From: Prorocentrum cordatum
Taxonomy: Eukaryota
Assembly: GCA_963575745.1 (NCBI GenBank)
Contig: CAUYUJ010000201.1
Coordinates: forward strand, 62,001 to 116,915
Direction: 5' to 3'
DNA length: 54,915 nucleotides
The notes below the pieces were generated by a model. It was given only the letters and a program-made list of their open reading frames with translations, was not told where the DNA came from and ran no database searches. The translations under genes were made by a program, and so were the position numbers. Of the stretch, positions 11,331 to 22,795 are shown piece by piece. Each line of letters starts with the position of its first letter. The stretch's first letter is position 1.

Positions 11331-13263
11331 CACGCGTTGCGATATCACCGCCTCAGGATGGCAGCCATACGATGGACCTCCGCACGGATGGTCTGCTCAG
11401 TGGGGGCTACATCGTTCTGAAAGAAAACACCGTTTGAGCAATCAAATTGTCGTGCGCGGACCGTTTGATACAGGAGGCACAGTCTTGAAGTGCCCCACCC
11501 TTCCCTTCTCGGCGGGCGGTTTTGAAGCATGGCCCCCGACCTTGGCAACTACGCATGGGGTTCTCTCGAGGCCATCTTGGGCATCTCTTGGGCCCCTCTT
11601 GGAACCATCTTTGTGGCCTTCTTGGGCACGTGAAGGAACGCAACATGTGGAGGACCACCTCCACATACTAGATCATCCATGGGAGGGCCCCCATCCACCC
11701 AATGGCCGCGCGCCCCACCCCCCAGACGAAGCACCAGTGGAATGGGGCGGAGGTGCGCTCACGGATCACGGCCAGGGCCAAGTCATTCGATCGGACAGCA
11801 TGGTTGCGCTAGTAGGCCCGTTAGCGCCCGCGTTCCACCATGTACGGCATCCATATGATCCAAAAGAGAAGCCCAAACATCAGTGGACCCACACCCGAGG
11901 CGACGATGCGATGCTTGCTTTGCGTGTGGCACATCCAATGAGACGCGACCTGGCCCCTCGCTGGCCTCGCGTGCTCCCCAATCGGGCTTGTCAGGGCACG
12001 CCATCTCGGGCAACACGGTTGGGCCCCACACGGGCCTTCGTCTAATCACCATTGGTGTCTCACAGTGGCCCGGTAAGTCTCCACGATGGGGCGCGCTCCT
12101 TACAGTCAGACTTAGGCCAAAAGAACATCCCTCAAGAACATGAGACCCCCTGTCGGTCAAAACAAGCATAAAATCCTAGGGTACCTTCTCCAGGATACAC
12201 ACTACGTTCTAACAACCACGAACAGCATTAGGGTAGCCTCCCCGAACCGACCTCGATTTTATACCCCGTTCCGAGAGACCGGACCTTCCAGCATGTCCAT
12301 GGTCGCCATCACCATCTGATCGTTGTTGAGCTCGCCGCCCTCTGCGCCGCCCGAGCTCTGCGCGCCCTTCGCGCCCGACATTGCTGTCGGCTGGCCCAGT
12401 GGCGAGTGGGTGAGCTGGAGGGGAGGGACCTGCTGCAGCTGCAGCAGCTTGAGGCTGAGGCTGACGCGGCAAGCTCACTGACTCACCAACGAGGCCCGAT
12501 GCGCCTCGATGTGTTTGTTTACCCTCGCCCCGATGCGAACGCACCCTCCCTCGGCCCCATGGGGCCCCTCGGTCACTCCCGGGACCCTCGCTGCTCGGGA
12601 CGCAAGAAGAGGGGAGTTCATTTGGCACAGCCAGGGCTGAACCTAAACGGTGTTTGTCGTGTTCGTTTTGTTATTGTGTTCCTTTGCTTTTGTCTCGAAA
12701 CCACCTTTGCAGCAAAACGAAGTCGAAACGAACACGACCCACGAAATCACCAAAAATACCGTTTAGGTCCAGCCCTGGAGAGCTCGAGAGACGCGACATC
12801 GGCTTCCAAACCAGGGCGAGCGAGAGGGAGAGAGGGGTCGAAGGGAAGAGCTAATTGTGCCCAGGGATGCAGGGTGGCAGGAGGAGACCATGCCCAATCT
12901 ATTGTGTGTCAGCGTCTGAGCGGCTGAACGAGCAGAGCCACAGACAGAGGTTTTCAACTCACCATGAGGCTTCGGTCGGGTGCCGGCCCGTCTTACGCTG
13001 AGCAACGTTGGCAGAAAAGACTAGAATACAGGTCATGCGCTCATGACGTTCCTGCGTCATCAGCGGGTGGAGCCTCTGGGCCTGGGGGCCTCCTTAGGAG
13101 CTCCTGGCACAAGGGGCACAAGTTGGGCTCTAAGGGAATGAAGTCGACGAACGGGCAAGCGTCGTACGCTTCCGAAGCACATCTACCTATACTGTCAACC
13201 ATGGGCAATGGGTCGCCGTGCTCACGGATCAACTGGTCCATGTCTGATCCTGTCTCTCTGTGC

Positions 13264-13264
<1 letters not shown>

Positions 13265-13337
<73 letters not shown>

Positions 13338-13890
13338 TTACCTCGCTCTCTCTCCCTCGGCTTGCCTCTCATTCCCTCCCTCCTTCCCTCCCTCCCCCCA
13401 CACCTTCCTTTCTCCCTCCCTCCCTCCATCCATATATAAGTGTTCATTTCTAGGTACACATACATATATATATACATACATACATACATGCATGTGCGTG
13501 CATCCGCGGGGGGATTTGCGCCAAACTTCAGGGCCCACCACACCCCCCATATACGTGATACATGCATACAGGCATACAACCATACATACATACATACATA
13601 CATACATACATACATACATGCATGCATGCATGCATGCATGCATGCATGCATGCATGCATACATACATACATACATACATACATACATACACACATACGTA
13701 CGTACGTACGTACGTACATGTATGCATGCATGCATGCATGCATGCATACATACATACATACATGAATACATACACGCATGCAAACACACAGACAAACAGT
13801 CAGACAGACAGGCATGTTAGTGTACATATACACACACGTATACATATACATGTACATATACTCATATTCTACAAATACATATACACAACT
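13265..13890. repeat. Compound microsatellite (CT)n, (TACA)n, (TGCA)n, (TACG)n within last transposase intron
   Basis: Directly visible. Confidence 0.95.
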
Positions 13891-13929
13891 ACACCAGAGT
13901 TTGCAGGCTCAGTGCGCTACGCCTTTTGA

Positions 13930-15080
13930 AATCATAGGTCTCAGAGGGCCCAGAGGGGATCATATGCCAGATAGGACTCATAGGGCTCTTAAGCTCGTAG
14001 GGTTCCGAGAGCTCATAGGGCTTATTAGGGTTCATGCGGCTCATAGGGCTCATAGGGCTCACAAGGCCCATAGGACTCATAGGGCTCATATGGGGTCATA
14101 TCGCTTATAGAGCTCATAGGGCTCATGGGGCTCATGGGGCTCAGCTCATAGGGCTCACAGCGCGGCTAGGGCTAGCGGGCTCACAGAGCTCATGGGCCCT
14201 ATAGGGCTCATAGGGCTCATGGGCCTCATGAGGTCCACAGGGCTTATGCGGCTCAAAGGTCTCATAGGGGTCATAGGGCGTATCGGGCTTATAGGGCTCA
14301 TAGGGCTCATAAGGTTCATTGGGCTCAGAAGGCTCGTGGGGCTCATGGGGCTCATGGGGCTCATAGAGTTTATCGGGCACATAGGACTCATCGGGCTCAT
14401 AGGGCTCATGAGGTTCATAGGGCTCACAAGGCTCATAGGGCTCAGAGGGCCCAGGGGGGACTCATAGGGCGCAGAGGGCTCACAGGGCCCACAGGGTTTG
14501 TAAGGTTCATAGAAGTTCATAGAGATCAAACGCTTCATATGGCTCATAGGGCCCATAGGGCCCATAGGGCTAACAGGGCTCACGCGGCTCATAGGGCTCA
14601 TGGGCTCACAGGGTCATAGGGCTTGCAGAGCTCATACGGCTCAGAGGGCTCACAGGGCCCACAGGGCTTATAGGGGTCATGAGGCTCAGAGGGCTCATAG
14701 GGCTAACTGCTCAGAGGGCTCATAGAGGTCATAGTCCATAGGACGGTCATAGTGTTCATGGGGCTGGTAGGTCTCACTGGGCTCGCCGGGCTCATATTGC
14801 TCATAGGGCCCATTGGGCCCGTAGGGCTCACCCACAGGGCTCACAGGGCTCATAGGGCTCGTAGGGCTCATAGGGCTCGTAGGGCTCATAGGGCTCAGAG
14901 GGCCCATAGTGCTCAGAGGGCCCAGGAGGGACTCAGAGGGCTCGTAAGGCTTAGAGGGCTCAGAGGGCTCATAGGGCTCACATGTCTCGTAAGGTTCATT
15001 GGGCTCACATGCCTCATTGGGCTCATCGGGATCATAGGGATCAGAGGGCTCACGGGGCTCAGAGGGCCCATAGGGATCAT
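13930..15080 (-). repeat. 9-bp minisatellite, reverse-orientation copy (ATAGGGCTC)n
   Basis: Reverse complement of the 9040-9870 array. Confidence 0.95.
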
Positions 15081-18000
15081 ATACACATGCATTCACATGT
15101 GTATGCTTCTTTTTGTTTCTCTCTCTCTCTCTCTCTCTCCCCCTCCCTCTCCCACGCACACACTCTCTCTCTCTCTCGCTCTCTGTCTCTCTCTCTCTCT
15201 CTCTCCCCACCCCGCACCTTCCAGGGAATCTCCCGCGTCAGGGTCGAGGATGGCACCTCTGGCGCCCGTCACTGGCCCCCCGGGGCCCAAACGCCCAGAC
15301 GCCCAAGTCTAGCCGACCCCCGAAATCAACCCGCATAATGAGGATGCGCGGCAAGGATGCAATGGCCTTGGTAGGCCTTGTCGACTCTTTGCGAGCAGGG
15401 CGCGGCCAGCAAAAGTGGCCAAGGATGGGCCGAAGGGGAAGGATTCAAGGGCAACCTCGGAACGTCGCTCATCCTCATTACGCGGGTTGACGGTAACATT
15501 AGGATCCAACTTTTCCCTCGCCCATTTCCCGTTCGCAGCTCCGCGCCATCCATCGAGGCCGAGCTGCGCCGCCAGCCTGGCCGAGCAGGCGTCGCGCCAG
15601 CCCATCATGCAGAACTTGCAGCGCCTAGCGGCGGGCGGGGCAGGGAAGCGCACGAGAGAGCTCGCCGCCGCCGATCACCCAAGGGAGACGAGACAGGCAC
15701 GAGTCTGACAGATGCTCAATACTCATTCCCCTGGTCACGCTGCCCAGACTCAGTGCCCGAAAACACAATGCAAATGCATCGGCGATGCATCGGCTGTCGC
15801 TACCTCACCTCCTCTTATCTCATCGTGCCCCTCCAAGACTCCAACACCAGCCCTCCCCACATTCCCTCACTCATCACCCATCCCTCCCCCTGCTTCTCCC
15901 TCCCCTCCTCCTTCTTCGTCTACCTCCCCCCGAAGCAAGACCGCGGCCTGGCGTTGGCCCAGTCAGCTGCGCACACAGCGCAGCGGGCCCCAGCGTCGGC
16001 CATGTGGGCCCGGAACATGCCCATGGCCCTGAGCACGTGGGGCGGGACCTTCGTCTTCTTCCAGTGCTTGACAGTCCTCCTCATACCTGGCGGGCGAAAC
16101 AAGCGCGAGAGATAGAGAATCCAGCCATGGGCAAATGTGAATCAGGCGTCGGAGCTGGGGCCTCCGGGCATGCGAAGGTCGAGGTGGGTTGAGCATGATT
16201 GGCATGGCATATGGATGCGCGAACAAAATGAGTAGCAGACATAGAGAATAGCAGACACAGATGAATTTGGCGGGAGGTCACGTGCTCCGATATCCGGAAT
16301 GAAGATCTTCATGGCCCCTGACGTCAGATCGTCCAGGAACTCTGTTTTGTACCTCTCCGGCCGGGCTCGCAGACGCGAGGGAATCCGAAGTCAAAAGAGG
16401 GCTAGTCAGGAGAGAAGGACTAGGAGCAGGGGCCAGGAGGGGTCAAGGACGCGAGGGCAAGGAGGTGAAGGAGGGGGTAGGGGTAGGACGAGGACGCTTG
16501 CCAAGGGCTGCCAAGGGTTGCCCGTGCAATGCCAAGCAACGCCAATGCCAAGCAACGCGAAGAGGAGAAGGATAACGAGGAGAAGGGGGGATTCTGACAA
16601 CGACCACTGCAGAGAGAGGGCCCAGAGGGCACTGTCTCCGCTTCCCTGCTGGCGGCCTGTAGTCGATGATCCCGTCGGCGGGGTCAACGTGAATGACGCG
16701 GCCCTTCCCCTTCTCCACGTCGTCCCAGAAAATCCATTCAATACTGCCGCTGCCGTCTTCATCAGTCACCAATACCAGAGATACACACCTGTTGTCAGAG
16801 ATCCAGTGCGAAGGGTCCCGAAGCTCACTCAGGGCGTCGGCCGTCGCGAGGACGCCGTTTGCCCATGCGTTCAACACGCTGGCAGCTGAGGCGTCCGTGA
16901 TGGGCGGGACAGGGTCGACGTCGCCGCCTGCCCCGATGCCAGCTGCCAACGCCGCCTGCAGATATGCTTCCTCCTCTAGTCTCGCCAAGTCGTGCTCCAT
17001 GGTGTGGTCTCGGTCTTTCAGCTCCGCTGCCCGTCGGTCCATCGCGATCGCCTCGCCACTGCCCAGTAGCCGCCGTCGCCAGTGCTGCCGCCCTCTCCAT
17101 GGACTCCATCTCGATGAGCAAAGCTGGATCGACGCCGCCCTCGTCCTCGCCGGCATCGCCCGGCCCCCCTTTGGCAGCCAAGAAGCCCTCGAATGCTGTA
17201 GGGCCGCCGCCGCCAGAGTCGACGTCGGGGCCACCCTCGTCTTCGCCTGGGCGAGCTGCAGACTTCTCAAACTCAGCCCACAGTTCAGCGAGCAAGGATT
17301 GGTCGAAGGCACCATCGTCTCCAGCCTCGCCATCGCTGCCGTCGTCAGCGGCGTCGCCGAGGGGTCCTCCTCCGCCTGTGCCGTCGTCGCCACCTCCATC
17401 ATCTCCGTCATCACGCCGCCTCACTCTCCTAGCCGCCCAGCACCTGCAAACGCCAGCCAGACTCCGCGCTCCGTGCTGGCCATCGAGTCGAGCTCGCCGT
17501 AGTGATTCCTGGTCCCAGGACACTCTGAGCACCACGAGCTTAACTGCGGGCCTGAGTCTCCCATCCCTGCCGCACCGGCAGCGCAGTTCAGCATGAATAA
17601 GATCGCACACAGCTTTGATTGGCAAGAACGACAATGGTAGATTCAATACGAAGTGCTCGCTCGAGAGAATGCCCACTGCCATCCAGAACCCACGATTGAA
17701 TTTATGAGCGACCATCCAAGCGGTGTCCATGCGCTTGCCTCCAACTGTCAGGCAGACCACCCACTTGGCACTAGGCGTACGACCTGGGTAAAGGGTGAGA
17801 AGTGTCGCGGCCACTCGAGCGGCACATCTCGGCTGCGGGGCTGCTCTGGCGCGCTTCGGCGCAACAGCAGCATCGAGAAGAGGCGGCGGCTCTTCGGGGG
17901 CCCGTGGCTGCCCCCCTGCCTCCTCCTCAGGCTGGTCGGGCCCCTCGGGGATCTCATCCTCAGCTCGAGCGGGCCCATCTTGCAGCGGATGTAACTCTTC

Positions 18001-18339
18001 GGGGCCCTGCAGTGGTAGAAATGGGCACTCTAATGGATCTGTCGGGAACCTGGCCTTATCATCCAGAGCGATCAACGCCTCACTGTGCAGGGAAACGCAC
18101 ATGGAGACGGCGTGGTCCAACGACTCCGGGGACTTGCCAATCCAAGACATCGACTTTTTCAGCAGAGCTCTGCTAGATATTAACTTGAGGCCTGCGGCGG
18201 GCGCCATCGAGAACAATTTCTTAATTATTGAATTGAGGCCTTCGATCTCCTGGGTGTCGGAGGCGAGCATGCAACCGATGCAGTGAAAGAGCTCCCAAAG
18301 CTGAAGCTCCAAGAGCCCGGAGCGGGAGGTCTCCTGCTA

Positions 18340-18740
18340 TATTATTTGTTCCCAATCATCCTGTAGCGTTGGGTCCTCGTTTTGAGGAGACAGCGCCCCG
18401 CGTCTCACCTCCTCCCGCTGCCCCCCCCCTCCCCCTCCCCCCTCCTCCCAATCCTGCTTCTGCTCGCCGCATGTCCGCCATGTCGGCACACCCCTCATGA
18501 GGATGGCGGTCCCATAGGGAGCTCCACCGAAGGCCCCAGCGGCAGGGTTTGCATGCGCCCCCCCCACCCATTTCGGCACACCCCTCACGAGGCTCCACCG
18601 AAGGCCCCAGCGGCAGGGTTGGCACGCGCACCCCCGCCCATTTCGGCACACCCCTCACCAGGATCGTGGCCCCATTGGGGTTTCCACCGAGAGCGGTGCC
18701 CACAACGCGGCACTCACAGCTGCATATTGTTGGGCCCTTC
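18340..18740 (-). mobile_element. VNTR-containing SINE-like element, copy 2, inside a transposase intron
   Basis: Same head, 2-3 VNTR units, purine tract and 3' end CAAAACGAGGACCCAACGCTACAGGATGATTGGGAA as 4550-5283. Confidence 0.7.
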
Positions 18741-21700
18741 GCCAGGGTAATATGTTAAGCGGCCCCCCGGGATGGAAGGACGGAGCGGGGCAGGGTAGAC
18801 GAGCGACGCAATGGGGCCAGCGTTTGAGGGACAGGAGGGGCAAGGAGGATAAAGAACAGGAGGAGCAGGAGGGGAAAGGGCGAGGAGGATGAGCAAGGAG
18901 GGGCGGATGATAACAACACAAACAGGAACATGCAGAACATGCAGGATCCTCCAGCTCTGTTTGGCAGCAATATGCAATCTTCCAAGGTGTAGCCAAAGAA
19001 ACATCATCACAATATGAATTCCCACTAGGATCATCATAGAGAAGCTGCAGCCACGTGGAAGCCGCCTGCCGACGCTTCTCCGACCTGACGTTGTAGTCGT
19101 CGTGGGACATCCACAGTATCGTGTAAGGAAACTCAGCCAACTGGCGCACGAAGCGTCGGTTGAAGTCGGCCGCCAGATCAAGCACATGTTCCACGCAAGT
19201 AAGTCGAATAGAACTCATATCCACGTCGCCTGGAACATGAAACCAAACGGACTCCCACTTCTCGGCGTACGGACTCCCCTCCTCGAGCAGTGCATCCCAC
19301 TCCCCTGCGATCTCAGCCGATACGGATACCACGAGCTCCGATAGAGTGGACACGCAGCTGGCCTCGAACACGTCCTGGCGCCGATCGGCCATCCCCTTCG
19401 ACTTCTTTTCAAACCAGTGGAGCAAATGGGTCAGAGGACCTCCAGAAACGTGAAATATTGCAGTTGTCACCCAATGCTCTGCGCTGTGGGCGGCTGCCAG
19501 CGCATCTGCCTGCCACCTCCCCATCCTCTGCCTGTAGCCTTCGGCCTCAGGGTCCAGTGCAAGGTCGTCGGGGTTGCCAGCGGGATCTCCTGCTGCCTCA
19601 GGGTCAAATACCTTTTGAAATACTGCTGAGACCTCGCGCCGGGTGGCGAAAAGGAAAAAGGCTGCTGTCTTATAACATGCTCCGAAGCGGCCGATGAGGG
19701 GCCTCGGTGGCAATCGACCAGCAGCCGCCTTGGCTCTGTCACTGCTGGTGAGACTTTCCCATACTTTGTAGATTCGTGCTGACATGTGGGGGGCCCTCCA
19801 GCAATTGGCCATCTTGGCCAGATTAGAATAATAAGACGAGTGCTTCGACAATTGTTTCTTCGCCATTAAGTGCATTTGATGGATGAGGCAGAACGTCCAA
19901 CATATCCAAACGAAAGGCGAGTGCTTCATCTCCTGAACCATGCGAGTGCGGCAGCCCTTGACGTCGGGGCCAGCATCCGTTCCCCCCAAGAATACAGCGA
20001 TATGTTTCCAATGGCATTCCTCCTCGTCCTCCCCCGGGCGGCGTTGCTGAGCGATGGAGCGCAACATCGCCTCGCTCTCCGTCAAGTTGTCCGTGGCCTC
20101 CTGGGCGCAGTAACGGGGGGGCTGGCAAACCATCCAACGCGAGAATCTGACAAACAGTGATGCTTGATTTCTGAATCAAGTCAGCCAGCGCGCCAAGCCG
20201 AATCCAGCCGTGGCATACGAGGATAGAAGCCTGGACCGAGTCTGAGCTTTGAACGCATAACATGCAAAGTCCTGCACGCGCGCACGTTCGCGATCTGCCA
20301 TCGTGTAAAGGCCCTGTTGAGAAAGCTTGCTCTCCCACAGATGCTTCTGGTTCAGCCCAGTGTTTGTCAGGGGGACCCAAGCCAAATCAGGCCAAAGCAA
20401 AGCGGATGAATGCTGAGGGCTAATGTTTGTCACCACCGTGGCCGCGTCGTCCAAAGTAATGCGGGGCGTGCAGAATGCGGACCACAGTTCAGATCCAAAT
20501 ATCTTATGAGATCGCCACTCGGTGGAATTTGCAGCATCTCCTCTCACGGCGTGCACTTCCCACGACAACACCGGGGTGCCGAACTCTCTGGCATAGCGGG
20601 CACACGGCCCAGGACGACTGCACATGATGTCCAAATACTCAGCCAACTTAGCAAACTCAGTTCTGAAATAATTCACGCCTTGGCAAAATATGGCAGCCCT
20701 GGTGAGGTTCTCAGCCTTGGCCGCCGTTCTGTCGGACACAGGCGCTTCCTGTCCACTGCCCGCGCTCCACTCTGCGAACGCACGAAAGAAACAGAGACCA
20801 TCGGAGGAAGGTGAAGAGAAAAGGTAGGCAAGGAGAAACGAGGGGGGAGAAATAAGGACAACAGTAAAAAAAAAAAACAAAAAAACAAAAAAAGGAATAA
20901 AGAAAAGAAAGGCAAGCAGAGATATAAAGGGATGCGAGGAGAAAAAATTAAAGTGGAGGTAAATCAGGAGGAGGGACGCAGGCGCAGGCAGGAGGTAGAG
21001 GCAAGGGAGTATGCGTGCAGGAGGTAGGAGGCAAAGGGGGGAGGGTAGGAGGCAGCAGGGATGGGTTGGATAGTGAAGCAAGGAAAAGTCCACCCCCCCC
21101 CACCCGCCACCCTCGATGGTCTATCATTGGTCGATTTCGTGGCAAGAGAGAGATGAGAAGACGACGGGGATGGCACTCAGGGGGGAGGAGCAAAATGAAA
21201 AGCATTGGGTCAGGGGCGTAAGGGTCCAGTGGCATGCTGAGCTAGGAGACCCCACCCACCCCCGTGTCCAGCATCTGAAGAGTAGTCTGACATCCAGCGT
21301 ACCCGTAGTTCCTCTTGAACCCCAGTCTGTACCACCCCTCCTTCTCCATAGTGCATCGCACAGGTTCCACAGGCACACCGTCTGCATCCGTTTTTTGCTT
21401 CCGAGGCGCTTTCACAAAGGTGAAGCCGCGCATTCTGGATTTCATTTGCTCCAGCTCAGTCTCAAGCTTGACTATTCGTTTCTTGTCTTTCGTGGCCTCT
21501 CTTGTCATCAATTGTATCTGTGCTAACCGTTCGGCTGATTTGTTCTGTACTCTCTGACTCTGCAAAGTGATATCCAACGCAGCCCGAACGAGATCTGGAT
21601 GAGACATGTTCCGAAACGCAGACTCAAGAGCTCTCCGAGATTCTGAACCACGAAGCACCAGCTGTCCATCATCCCCTCTTGCCGAAGCGCGGGTGCGCAA

Positions 21701-22782
21701 GACTATAGCGTCGGCGCCTTCTTGAGGCGCATCCTCTGCGGCTCCGCTATGACGTTGTTGTTCTCCCCCCCCCCATTTTGAGATATGCGATGCTATGTTA
21801 TCTCACCCGCGTGCCCCTCTCAACGATCTCATGATCGATCTCACTCAACAGGACACCACAGGACACCACGGGTCACCACGGAACATCAGAGAGGGGAAAG
21901 CGACGAGCGAGGGCAAGAGTTGACAGGGCTGGCGCAGGGGCCGGCGCGGGTGGGGGAGGGAAGTGCAGAGGTCATGAAATCCAGGGCGAAGTAAATGAAG
22001 GAGTACCTCTCCCTGCCCCATCTGTCCCTGCCCCTCCTCGAAGTAAAGCACTGTGGACTTGGTGATCCACCAACTGGCCCATAGCTCTGGCAGTCGGTCC
22101 CATATGCATACCTGCCTGCGCCAGGACGTCCACCAGGTCGAGCACAGAGTACGGCGGGCCCGACGTTGGTGGAGTCCATCCGCCTGCCACCGGCGCGGGG
22201 AGCGACGGCATAGATCGGAGGTTCAAAGATGGGGCCCGAAAGATAAGATGAAAGATAAGACGGGACCCGAATCATAGTTTGCATTGCTCGAGGCCCCTCA
22301 CCCGTGGGGCCCAATCCTTCACGTCCCCATCTTTGAACCTGCAGGGGCGTTTCACTCAGACAAGCAACATAAGCATACATGTTCGGAGGTCTGCGCGGCG
22401 GAGTTATTGGAGCTGTGCTGGCCCTCCCTCCCTGGCGCGCGAAGCGCGCCAGTGGAGGCGCTGGAGGCGCCGCCGAGGGGGTCCAGCGTCGACCCAACAA
22501 ACCCGAGCGGACCTCCGAACGTCTATGTTTATGTTGCTTGATTCATCTAGAGCACGATGCTGCACTGTTCGCCTATCATCTTGCTGCATCCTGCCCTCCC
22601 CCCGAGCTGGCCTGGGCACACGGCCCCAGCCGACTGGACGGCGTTGCGGAGCGCCGCGGCCGTCTGGAAAAGCATGTAGCACCCATTGCTTGGGACCGTA
22701 TGGTGGTGAGCGAAACGGCCTAAAGCCCTGGCCAGCACACCGTCCATGCACTCCCGCTGGGGGGCTGTAAGCCCCCTCAGGA

Positions 22783-22795
22783 AGCCAAAATGGCT
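22783..22795 (-). other. Partial spliced-leader relic upstream of transposase
   Basis: Minus strand AGCCATTTTGGCT is a 13-nt exact match to the DinoSL core. Confidence 0.45.

Larger units (their letters stand above)
13041..21776 (-). pseudogene. Large multi-exon hAT-like DDE transposase with C-terminal PHD-like zinc finger (disrupted)
   Basis: Inferred exons: ~21776-21260 (coiled coil; a G10 run puts the ATG one base out of frame), 20748-18949 (in-frame TGA at 20176), 18333-~16630 (frameshift ~17070), ~16353-16283, ~16087-15950, ~15625-15550 and 13249-13041. Motifs in order: GDAAN (D1), TDAGPD (D2), CLIHQMHL (CxxH), PRPLIGRF (hAT TRW position), DTQEIEGLNS (E), an acidic tract, then CAVC...CKFC....RDAC...LCPLC. 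Confidence 0.75.

Noticed and set aside
8900..15340. Many ORFs with SPM/YEP/AHR/GLI, HTYI/MYVC and LS/ER repeats
   Set aside because: They are translations of mini- and microsatellites that are open in several frames.
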